Shown here one piece after another: positions 33,681-42,065 of a DNA stretch of 64,000 nucleotides. A program made the position numbers and the translations under genes. Under the pieces are notes generated by a model. The model saw only the letters and a program-made list of their open reading frames with translations, had not been told where the DNA came from and searched no databases. Origin of the DNA: Clostridia bacterium (GTDB lineage: Bacteria > Bacillota > Clostridia > Oscillospirales > CAG-272); assembly GCA_017451545.1 (NCBI GenBank), contig JAFTOB010000160.1, positions 3,751 to 67,750 of the forward strand, written 5' to 3'. How positions within the stretch are numbered: position 1 is the stretch's first letter; every line of letters starts with the position of its first letter.

Positions 33681-35468
33681 TTAAAAGATATCGTCTATTG
33701 CGTCGTCGGAGTCGACGGCGGTGAGGGTCACTTTAAGCGAATAGGTTCCGGCATTGGAAAGGCTTGAGGTATCAAGCTTTACCGTGTAGGCCACGTTCTC
33801 GTGGAGTGTGACCTCGCCCGTACCAACTTCGCTTCCGTCCGCTCTGTAGACGGTTGCGGGGGTGTCTCCCTCAAACTTATAATCGCCTGCTACGTCAACC
33901 GTCAGCGTGTAGCTAATATAACCGGGGGTGATATCGATACTTCTGACGATGATGCTGTTGTCGCCGACAGTCAGGACTCTCTCGATAGCTTTGACAGAGA
34001 TCTTGAGAGAATAGCTGCCCTGCGCGATGATGCCGCTGAGCTTGACGGTGTACGTGCCCGCCGCCAGATCGAGCTCGCCGCTGCCGAGATTCTTGCCTGC
34101 GGCATCGTAAACAGCCAAGTTAAAGTTTGCACCGTTGAAGACATACGTATCCGGAGTATCGACCTTGAAGATATATGAAATGGTTCCCGCAGTGACGTCA
34201 ATGCTTCTGACGGTGATCGTATTAATGCCAACGTTTAACGTTCTGTTCATCTTCTTTACCGAAATGCTCAGCGGATAGCTGCCGGCCTTGGTGATACCGC
34301 TGACTTTAACGGTATAAGTTCCCGCCTCAAGGTCGAGCTCGCCGTTTCCGAGGCTATTACCCAATGCGTCGTAAACAGCGACCGTAAGTCCTGTGCAGGA
34401 GAAGATATAGGTCTCGGCGGTGGTTGCCTTGAAGGTGTAAGACAGGGTGCCGGGAGTCACGTCAATGCTACGGACAAGGATGCTGTTGGAGCCGACCTTC
34501 AGGGTTCTGTCGATCTTCTTTACCGAAATGCTGAAGGGATATTCCCCTGCCTCGGTGATGCCGCTGACCTTGACGGTGTAAGTTCCCGCGGGAAGGTCGA
34601 GCTCGCCGCTGCCGAGGCTCTTGCCTGCGGCGTCATACACGAAAAGGTTCAGACCCGTGCAGGCAAAGACGTAGGTCTCCGCGGTGTCGGCCTTAAAGGT
34701 GTAGGTCAGAACGCCGGGTGCGACAACGTCGATCTCGCGGACCTTAACTGTATTAGAGCCGACCTTCAGGGTTCTGTCCATTTCCTTTACCGAAATATTC
34801 AGAGTATAGTTCCCTGCCTCGGTAACGTTTCCGAGGATAACGGTGTAAGTACCGGCAGGGAGGTCGAGCTCGCCGCTGCCGAGGGCGTTACCGTCGGTGT
34901 CATAGACAGCAACCGTCAGGCCGTCTGCGGTGAAAACATAGGTTTCCGCGGCGGTCGCGGTGAAGGCGCATTTCACGGTTCCGTTTTCGATGTCCTTGAC
35001 TTCAACGGCAAGAGTATTCTCGCCGACGGTGGCGGTGAAGACGGTCTGCTTTTCGGACGAAAGCCCGATCCAGATATCGTAAGTACCCGCGACAACTCCG
35101 TCGTTTATATCCAGCCTTACGGTATAAATACCGTTAGCAAGATCCATGACGTTGCGTCCCTCAAGGGAGCCATCCGAGTTGTAAACGCTTGCGTTGAAGT
35201 AATTGCTGAAGAAGGTATACTCGCCTGCGGCGGTTACGGTGAACTGGAATTCAACACTTCCGCCTGCGATATTTTCATCGGTCAGGGTAATATCATTGTA
35301 GCCGCCCTCAAGGCTCGGAAGCTCGGGAAGCTCCTCGGGAGGGGTATCCGAGACCTTTGTCAGCACGTACTCGGTTCCCGCGTGAATGAAAACGTCTGCG
35401 TTTCCGTTTTCATCGAGAACCAGAACGGCATCGGAGACATAAGTCGCGACTCCGTTTATATATATCAC
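33681..35468 (-). CDS. beta-sandwich-repeat surface protein segment (595 aa from a GTG); probably the 3' continuation of 35696-40255
   Basis: No signal peptide. 93 further in-frame sense codons lie upstream (35469-35747) with no ATG, GTG or TTG. It contains six modules of about 88 aa, homologous to modules of the upstream 1519-aa protein. Confidence 0.6.
   Translation of the reverse strand: MIYINGVATYVSDAVLVLDENGNADVFIHAGTEYVLTKVSDTPPEELPELPSLEGGYNDITLTDENIAGGSVEFQFTVTAAGEYTFFSNYFNASVYNSDGSLEGRNVMDLANGIYTVRLDINDGVVAGTYDIWIGLSSEKQTVFTATVGENTLAVEVKDIENGTVKCAFTATAAETYVFTADGLTVAVYDTDGNALGSGELDLPAGTYTVILGNVTEAGNYTLNISVKEMDRTLKVGSNTVKVREIDVVAPGVLTYTFKADTAETYVFACTGLNLFVYDAAGKSLGSGELDLPAGTYTVKVSGITEAGEYPFSISVKKIDRTLKVGSNSILVRSIDVTPGTLSYTFKATTAETYIFSCTGLTVAVYDALGNSLGNGELDLEAGTYTVKVSGITKAGSYPLSISVKKMNRTLNVGINTITVRSIDVTAGTISYIFKVDTPDTYVFNGANFNLAVYDAAGKNLGSGELDLAAGTYTVKLSGIIAQGSYSLKISVKAIERVLTVGDNSIIVRSIDITPGYISYTLTVDVAGDYKFEGDTPATVYRADGSEVGTGEVTLHENVAYTVKLDTSSLSNAGTYSLKVTLTAVDSDDAIDDIF
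33714..35303 (-). repeat. six tandem repeats of about 264 bp coding for modules of about 88 aa
   Basis: Examples: DRTLKVGSNTVKVREIDVVAPGVLTYTFKADTAETYVFACTGLNLFVYDAAGKSLGSGELDLPAGTYTVKVSGITEAGEYPFSISVKKI and DRTLKVGSNSILVRSIDVTPGTLSYTFKATTAETYIFSCTGLTVAVYDALGNSLGNGELDLEAGTYTVKVSGITKAGSYPLSISVKKM. The central three copies (33984-34778) are the most similar. Confidence 0.85.
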
Positions 35469-35659
35469 CTTTTCTTCGATCTTTTGACCGTCCCTATAAA
35501 AAACAACTTTCCCATCGACTATCTCGTACTCAAATTTGCCTATTCTGCCGTTAGAATCCTCGACAGTGAGCTTGTTCTCGTATATGATGACCTCTACGCT
35601 CGTATTAAAATAGCTATTGGTTCCGTTATATTTGCCGATGAGGGAAGGTGTCTGTGATG

Positions 35660-35693
35660 GGGGGAGAGGATTATCGGGGTTATCCTCTCCCCC
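35660..35693 (-). other. 12-bp perfect GC-rich hairpin starting 2 nt after the TAG of the 1519-aa ORF
   Basis: Minus strand reads gggggagaggat-aaccccgata-atcctctccccc, with no U tract after it. Confidence 0.85.
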
Positions 35694-35695
35694 AC

Positions 35696-38600
35696 CTATT
35701 CCCCCTCCTGATCCCCGTCTCCTTCGGTAACGGTATATTCGGTACCGTTATCGGTAAGGCCGACGAGCTTGCCGTCGGTGACGGTAAGGCCCATACCGGA
35801 CATTGCGTTGCCTTCATCGTCAACTATGGTTGCAACACCGTCGATAAAGGTATATGCGTAGGAGTTGGTCATGGGGTCGCCGGTCAGGTGGTGAATAAAA
35901 GAAATCGTAACAGTAGTATCGTCGACGACAACGTTCTTCGTATTTCCACCGGAATCGGTGGCAACGTACGTGCCGGTGATGTCGATATTGGGGAGCTCGG
36001 GCTCGTCGCCACCGACGGTAACGACCCAGCCGTCCTCGCCAACCTCAAACTTGACGGCGGTGATGACGGGGGCGTTTCCGGTTGCCTCCTCATGCTCCAT
36101 AGCGGTGAGGTTGAGGATCAACGTACCGTTATTGTTATCCGTAACTGTATAGGTGTAGTATGCCTTGCAAATAACGTTCCACTCTTCGTCCATCTCGATA
36201 TAGCACACGTAATAGACATTCGTGAGCATATCCCGGGAAACTTCGATCGTAATACCGTTATCAAGCATATTGTAGGAATCAAGGATCCTTCCCCACTCTG
36301 CCTCGGTGAGTGCGCCTGCCTCAAAGGTCAAGGTAGCCTCAACGGTGGCGGGAGTCTCGGAGTAGAAATATACGATATAGGTTTTTCCTGCAACAACGGG
36401 AGCGGTTACCGTGGTCTCGCCCTCGGACAGCTCTACCTCTGCAAGAGTGACAATAACGGTTCCGTTAACGGTGAGGGTCACGTGACCGGTCTCGGTTGCG
36501 GTGAACTCATAGTAGTAAGCGGACCAATCGGATGGGAGATTGGGCTTCAAGGTTGCGGGGAAGCTTTCGATCTTATCGGGATTATCGTAGGATCCTGCGG
36601 GAGCTGCAAACTCAACGGTAATGCTGTAATCACCTGCGGTTGCTGCACTTACGGTTACGGTATAGGTGGTATAGCCGTCAAGAAGAGCGCCGTTCTCAAC
36701 GGTATTTCCATCGGCGTCGGTGATAACAAAGGTCAGACCCTCGCCCTTGACGGTGTAGTATCCCCTGTCATAAGTGAAAAGGAATACAACGGTAGATCCG
36801 TCGACCTTAACGTCTATGCTTCCGTAATTATCAAGGATCACAGGAGCGCCCACGGTGAGGGTGTACTCGCCTGCGGTCTCTGCGGTAACGGTTATCTTGT
36901 ACTGAAGATAGGACTCGAGAGTGTACTCGCCGCCTGCGGGCTCGACAACGTTGCCTTCGCCGTCAGTGACAACGACGGTCAGGCCTGTACCGGTGAAGGT
37001 ATACTTGCCGTTATTGTAGGGGGTGTATACGCAATCAATACCCTCTGCGGGTACGGTAACGGTATTCTCACCATCCTCAAGCACAACGGGTCTTTCGGCA
37101 GAGACGTTGACGACGTAGTCGCCTGCGGTCTCAGCACCGATAACCACGGTGTAAGAGCCCATATATGCGGCTTCAAGGTCAACGGTAACAGCACCGAAGC
37201 CCTGAACCATAGGCATACCCCAAGTGTCATAGATCGCAATGGATGCACCGTTTGCGGTGAAGGTGTAATTTGCGTTCTCGTAAACGTTGAGGTAGGTGGT
37301 TGTACCGTTTACGGTATCGGAAACGGTAATAGTATTCTCCCCTTCCTCGAGGTAAATGTCCTCGGGGATCTCGGGATCGTCGGGATCGTCGGGCTGATCG
37401 GATACACCCATAATGACGTAGGTGACCGTCCAGCTTCCCTTTGTTGCCGCGCTGATATGGAACTTATAGATCTCCCCTGCAGTAAGCTCGACCGCAAAGG
37501 TTCCTCCGTTCGGATCGTTGTTGAAGTCAACGTAAGGCATTGAAGAAAATTCGGTTTCATATTTTACCGCATCCCAAGCACCGAGGCCTGCAGGCACGGT
37601 GAAAATATATTTGCCCGTCACGGTTGCGCTGATCTCAATGTAGTCATCCCAAGTGTACGTCTCGGTGATAGTTCCGCTCACAGAGCCGTTGCCAATCTCT
37701 ACAAGCTCCTCGTCCTCTTCTTCCTCGGTGACTCTGGTCATATTCTGAGCCATGGGCATACCCGAGCAGAGGAAGGTGGGCGTTACGCCGTCGAGAGCCA
37801 GGCTGATAATGATATTGGCTTCACTTCCGTCGGCCTTAAGAACGGTAATGCCGCCCATAAGAGTTCCTGTGTAAGTATAGCTTCCGCTGTATGCTCCGTT
37901 ATTATTGTCAACTATGGTGAGAGCACCGTTGTTAAACTCAAGAACGAACATACCCGACAGAACGTTCCACTTACCGTTGAGCGCGGTCTCGATCTCGGGC
38001 TCCTCATCCTCGCCGCCGCTCTGGAGCGTGAGGGTATACTTGTTGCCGTTGTAATAGAAGAGCGAGGGATTGCCGTCTGCGCCAAGCTCAAGCTTTCCAA
38101 AGTACTGAGCCATGGGACCGTTGGGATCAATGGGGCCGTTGGCGTTGCTGAGAGTCACGACACCGTTATTGACGGTGAAGGTGTATTCGAATGCATACGT
38201 GCTGAATTTGAAAAGGACCGTTCCTGCAGCGGGGTTATATTCCAGCGTTCCGCTGTTTGCAGGGGAGCTTGCTGCGTAAATGTACGAGCCGTCGTCCTCC
38301 TTCATATCAGCGGCGGTAAAGGTGATCTCTGCGGGCTCGGTTCCGTTGTATACAACGGTGAAGCCGTTTCCGTTTACAGAATAGTTATTCGCAGTGGTTC
38401 CGGAAACGTACACCTGTCCCTCGGGATCGGTGACGGTGACACCGTCGACAGTCCAGGTAATAGCGTAAGTGCAGATGCTTGCGGCACCGCTGGTTCCGAA
38501 TCCGCTGAGGTGCACTGTGTACTCCTTGCCGGGCTTGAGAGTCACGGTGTTCTCACCGGGCTTGAAGGTAAGCTCGTAGGATACGGCTTTATAATCGACG

Positions 38601-40255
38601 CGAACGTTTCCGTCCTTGTCGGCCTTGAGGAGGAAGGCGCACTGGGAGTTTGCCTCAACGTAGACCTCCTGAACGGTTGCCCAAGTCTTGCCGCCGTCCA
38701 CGCTGATCTGCACGCCGTTACCGACGGATATCTCGTAGAAGCTGCCGTTCTCGGAATTGTTGACAAAGTAGTTGGTGGCACCCGTGGTACTTGCATATCC
38801 CGCGTTGCCGCCGAGAGTCTCGTCGTAAAATATCTCCTTGCCGATATTTACGACCTTGAGAGTATCCTGCAGGTCGGTCTCAGCGGATGCGCTGGTTCTG
38901 ACGAAGAACAGGAAGGTCTCGTTTGCCTCAAGAGAGATCATATAGCTGTGACCCTGGGGCATCATAAAGGTGTCTTCCCAAGTGCAGATGTTGGAATTCT
39001 CGTTTGCAAATTCAAAGAGATAATCGCTGTCCGCAGGAGCGGTGAAGCTGTATGCGGTATATTTGTTCATATCCACTGTCATTGCCGTGTCGCCGAGATT
39101 TACGACTATTCCCTCAAGGGGTTTGATGCTCCAATCGAAGTCAAAGGCTCCGACCGTAATATCGAGCAGCTTGATCTGAAGAGTGATCTCCTGATTGTCC
39201 TCGGTTGCGGTGATGTAGTGGGAGTTCTTAAGTGCATCGTCGATGGTGATGTACTCGACTGAGGTGTAGAACTCGTAAAGGCCCTTGGTGGGCAGAGTAA
39301 ACTTAACGTTTACCACGGTGTTCGAGGGGAACAGATAGCTTCCCTCGGTCTCGGTAAGCTCAACGGTGTCCTCGATCTTTACTACGTAGTAGAAATATCT
39401 GACGGTGGGATCCTCATCGTTGATAAGATCCTCGCTCATGGGGAAGATACGGCTCTTGACGGTATACTCACCGGCCTTGTCAACCTCAAATACGTATTCC
39501 TTAGCAAAGCTTCCGCCCTCTACGTTGGGACCAAAGTTGATGTCCTCGTGATCCGACGAGAAAACAAGGTACTTTCCGGCAGAAGGCAGATCGAGGGTAA
39601 GCGTGCCGTAGTAGTACTTCCACGTGGCGTACACGCCGCCGATCTCGCCCTCCTCATCCTCGAGGATGACCTCGGCATAAGCAACACGGGTGGCCTCAAC
39701 GGTAACCTCGGTATCGGCAGAAATTTTCGACACGGTGAAGCTCCAGACAAACTCGATGCCATCCTCCTCGGGCTCGCCGTCCTGCTCTGCCCCGTTTGCG
39801 GTGAGAGCAAATGCGGGTGAACCTGTAACGGTAAAGGTAACGTCCTCTCCGGGCTTTGCGGTCAGAGTACCTTCAACGGTAAAGCCCTCGGGAGCGGTGA
39901 CTGTGACCTTGTAGGTCATTCTGTACTCGCAGGTATCGCAAAGTCCGTTGGCATCGTTATCCGCATGGGGTGCGAGGTCGGAGGTCTGCTCCTTGTGCTC
40001 GCAGCTCGCGGCGTGCCAGTGATTATTTTCATCCGTTGTCCAATTATTCTCAAAAGTATGGGTGTGATCGGGGTCGATGGGTGTTGTCGTTTCGTCCCCG
40101 CCGGGTATTGTGGTGGTGTCACCGCCCGGAGTGGTAGTGGTTGAATCGGGTGCCTTCGTTGTGGAGTCACCTTCTGCCGATCCGTCTCCGCCACAGCCTA
40201 CCATAAGCAGGGCTACGATAAGAAGCGCAACCAGCAAATAGAAACTTTTCTTCAT
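35696..40255 (-). CDS. giant lipoprotein (1519 aa) with Thr-rich linker, His/Cys motif and many beta-sandwich modules
   Basis: Lipobox LLMVGC followed by TTKAPDSTTTTPGGDTTT. Repeated modules such as GENTITV...ANYTFTANGASIAIYD...GSYTVVIGAETAGDYVVNVSAE resemble pre-peptidase C-terminal (PPC) domains. Confidence 0.8.
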   Translation of the reverse strand: MKKSFYLLVALLIVALLMVGCGGDGSAEGDSTTKAPDSTTTTPGGDTTTIPGGDETTTPIDPDHTHTFENNWTTDENNHWHAASCEHKEQTSDLAPHADNDANGLCDTCEYRMTYKVTVTAPEGFTVEGTLTAKPGEDVTFTVTGSPAFALTANGAEQDGEPEEDGIEFVWSFTVSKISADTEVTVEATRVAYAEVILEDEEGEIGGVYATWKYYYGTLTLDLPSAGKYLVFSSDHEDINFGPNVEGGSFAKEYVFEVDKAGEYTVKSRIFPMSEDLINDEDPTVRYFYYVVKIEDTVELTETEGSYLFPSNTVVNVKFTLPTKGLYEFYTSVEYITIDDALKNSHYITATEDNQEITLQIKLLDITVGAFDFDWSIKPLEGIVVNLGDTAMTVDMNKYTAYSFTAPADSDYLFEFANENSNICTWEDTFMMPQGHSYMISLEANETFLFFVRTSASAETDLQDTLKVVNIGKEIFYDETLGGNAGYASTTGATNYFVNNSENGSFYEISVGNGVQISVDGGKTWATVQEVYVEANSQCAFLLKADKDGNVRVDYKAVSYELTFKPGENTVTLKPGKEYTVHLSGFGTSGAASICTYAITWTVDGVTVTDPEGQVYVSGTTANNYSVNGNGFTVVYNGTEPAEITFTAADMKEDDGSYIYAASSPANSGTLEYNPAAGTVLFKFSTYAFEYTFTVNNGVVTLSNANGPIDPNGPMAQYFGKLELGADGNPSLFYYNGNKYTLTLQSGGEDEEPEIETALNGKWNVLSGMFVLEFNNGALTIVDNNNGAYSGSYTYTGTLMGGITVLKADGSEANIIISLALDGVTPTFLCSGMPMAQNMTRVTEEEEDEELVEIGNGSVSGTITETYTWDDYIEISATVTGKYIFTVPAGLGAWDAVKYETEFSSMPYVDFNNDPNGGTFAVELTAGEIYKFHISAATKGSWTVTYVIMGVSDQPDDPDDPEIPEDIYLEEGENTITVSDTVNGTTTYLNVYENANYTFTANGASIAIYDTWGMPMVQGFGAVTVDLEAAYMGSYTVVIGAETAGDYVVNVSAERPVVLEDGENTVTVPAEGIDCVYTPYNNGKYTFTGTGLTVVVTDGEGNVVEPAGGEYTLESYLQYKITVTAETAGEYTLTVGAPVILDNYGSIDVKVDGSTVVFLFTYDRGYYTVKGEGLTFVITDADGNTVENGALLDGYTTYTVTVSAATAGDYSITVEFAAPAGSYDNPDKIESFPATLKPNLPSDWSAYYYEFTATETGHVTLTVNGTVIVTLAEVELSEGETTVTAPVVAGKTYIVYFYSETPATVEATLTFEAGALTEAEWGRILDSYNMLDNGITIEVSRDMLTNVYYVCYIEMDEEWNVICKAYYTYTVTDNNNGTLILNLTAMEHEEATGNAPVITAVKFEVGEDGWVVTVGGDEPELPNIDITGTYVATDSGGNTKNVVVDDTTVTISFIHHLTGDPMTNSYAYTFIDGVATIVDDEGNAMSGMGLTVTDGKLVGLTDNGTEYTVTEGDGDQEGE

Positions 40256-40292
40256 AAAAGTCTCCTCCTTGAAAGATTATGAACCTAAAAGA

Positions 40293-42050
40293 TCATTCAG
40301 TGTAATATGCGCAGGCGAACAGCCACTGATCGTCCTGCATTGCGTCGACGTCGATAACGTCGTTCTCCTCGACCCAGCCCGCGCCGTCATTGAAATAGCG
40401 CTGTGCCTCGCTGAGTCTTTGCAAAAAGACGCGAAGCTCCTCGGTCAGAGGAAAATATCCGTCCCGATTGGCGAAATCGGCATAGCCGGGACCGCCGATA
40501 AGCTCCTTGCGGCAGGGCGTACAATCGCTGATACAGCCCTCGCAATCGGGTGGGCAGGCCAGACCGTATTTCCCGCCGCCGTGGCAGGGGCATTTATAGC
40601 TACAATAATACGGAGGCATATCTACGCTTCCGCTCCAGGTAGCAAGATCGTCGTAGCCCTCTAGGAAATGCTTGTAATTGTGGTCAAGGTATTCCCCGTT
40701 CTCCTCCACGCGGATGGTCAGGCTCTTATTGCCCGGATCCTCGATATGGGTCAGAGAAAGCTGCAGGAATCTGCAGGGAGTGGTAATGGCGGCGTAGACC
40801 GTGGGGCCGTAGCCGTCGGTTTCCGCGTATTTTTCCTCATCGTAGAGATGATAGAAGCCGTCCTCGGGGTTCAGCTTGAACATTGAGCCGTCAAATATGT
40901 TCTTTCCTCCCACGCGGATCTCGGGGTAGGTCAGCCTTCCCTCTTCGTTGTAAAGATTTTTCAGATACAGGCGTATATGATAGTATTCGTCTTCGCCCAT
41001 GACCTTGAAAAGTCTCTCGTTGGGGTTTGTGGGATCCTCGTTTTCGTAATTTTTCAGATTCTCGTAAGTTGTCCGAAGCGGGGGATCGTTCGGTGCCGCG
41101 TAGCGGGAAAGTGCGGCCGAGTAATCCTCCCAGCTCATTGCAAGCAGCTTATCGAGCTCTCGGTTTATTGTAGCATAAAGCTCGGTGGGGATCTCCATTG
41201 CCTTTTCGGTTCGCGGTCTGACGTACGAGCCGTTTCTCGAAATGGCAAAATCCACATTGACGGGAGAAAACTCCGTCGCTTTGGTCTCGACGTGGACGGC
41301 GAAGGTATAAACGTTTCCGATCATATCGGCGTCGACGTTGATCTCGTAACGGAAATTCTTCGTGTAGCCCTTGCTTGCGCCGCCGTCATCCAGCGTGCGG
41401 TCGAAGAACTTGCTTGCGAAGGTTCCGTTGTAAAGATCGGCCTTGGGATTGATCTCGCCTGCGGTGATATCCACCCAGGATTCGACCACATAGGTTCCCT
41501 CCTCCGAGGGTACGAACTGATAATACACTACCGTATTAGCCTTTTTGATATCGGCGCGGAAGACGCCGATGTCCTCAAGCTCAAAGCAACGGTAAAGCGA
41601 TTTGCCCGTTCCCTTCGTGGGCTCGGTAATATCGTAAAGATCAATGACCACGTTCCTCTCGTCGGCGGTGGCCACGTAGATATTGGGGTTATAGATCAGG
41701 CCGTCGGGCACCGAGGAGAGAGTTACGTCATAGTTTCCGTCAAGATCGCCGACGGTAGCTATTCCCTGCTCGTTGAACTCGGCGTTGTAGAAGCTGTATC
41801 CGTCTGTCCAATGGGCGAAGACCTTATCCTTAGGAATATATGGGTCGCCGTTATATCGGAGCGACACGGTGTAGGCGTTTTCGTCGGGCACGCTGTCACT
41901 CGGCGGGGTTGCCGTGGTGCTCTCATCGGGAGCGGTGGTACCGTTCGGCTGTTTTATCGCCTCTGTATACTCACCGCAGCCGATCATTGCGCAGACCAGA
42001 AGGAGCAAAACGGTGGAGACAAATATTTTTTTCATCTTTCGGTTTTTCAC
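40293..42050 (-). CDS. lipoprotein (585 aa) with PPC-like module and Cys-rich C-terminal segment
   Basis: Lipobox VCAMIGC. The Cys-rich segment is YYCSYKCPCHGGGKYGLACPPDCEGCISDCTPC. Confidence 0.7.
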   Translation of the reverse strand: MKNRKMKKIFVSTVLLLLVCAMIGCGEYTEAIKQPNGTTAPDESTTATPPSDSVPDENAYTVSLRYNGDPYIPKDKVFAHWTDGYSFYNAEFNEQGIATVGDLDGNYDVTLSSVPDGLIYNPNIYVATADERNVVIDLYDITEPTKGTGKSLYRCFELEDIGVFRADIKKANTVVYYQFVPSEEGTYVVESWVDITAGEINPKADLYNGTFASKFFDRTLDDGGASKGYTKNFRYEINVDADMIGNVYTFAVHVETKATEFSPVNVDFAISRNGSYVRPRTEKAMEIPTELYATINRELDKLLAMSWEDYSAALSRYAAPNDPPLRTTYENLKNYENEDPTNPNERLFKVMGEDEYYHIRLYLKNLYNEEGRLTYPEIRVGGKNIFDGSMFKLNPEDGFYHLYDEEKYAETDGYGPTVYAAITTPCRFLQLSLTHIEDPGNKSLTIRVEENGEYLDHNYKHFLEGYDDLATWSGSVDMPPYYCSYKCPCHGGGKYGLACPPDCEGCISDCTPCRKELIGGPGYADFANRDGYFPLTEELRVFLQRLSEAQRYFNDGAGWVEENDVIDVDAMQDDQWLFACAYYTE

Positions 42051-42065
42051 GCCGTTTTACCTCCT

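Noticed and set aside
35660-35693. Reading the 12-bp hairpin after the 1519-aa ORF as an ordinary intrinsic terminator separating two genes.
   Set aside because: No U tract follows it. Protein-like coding sequence continues through and beyond it in the -1 frame for 93 start-less codons, and that sequence is homologous to the upstream protein.
35648-37543. Long antisense ORFs opposite large genes. Examples: 35648-37543, 21958-23451, 24313-25548, 42861-44759, 47880-48869, 52705-54066, 55130-56440, 56409-57416, 57572-58591, 58629-59564, 60239-61129 and 16192-16959.
   Set aside because: These are shadow ORFs, typical of GC-rich coding DNA. Their products are low-complexity (Gly/Val/Asp/Arg-rich) and lack Shine-Dalgarno sequences. 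The opposite-strand proteins carry clear family motifs.
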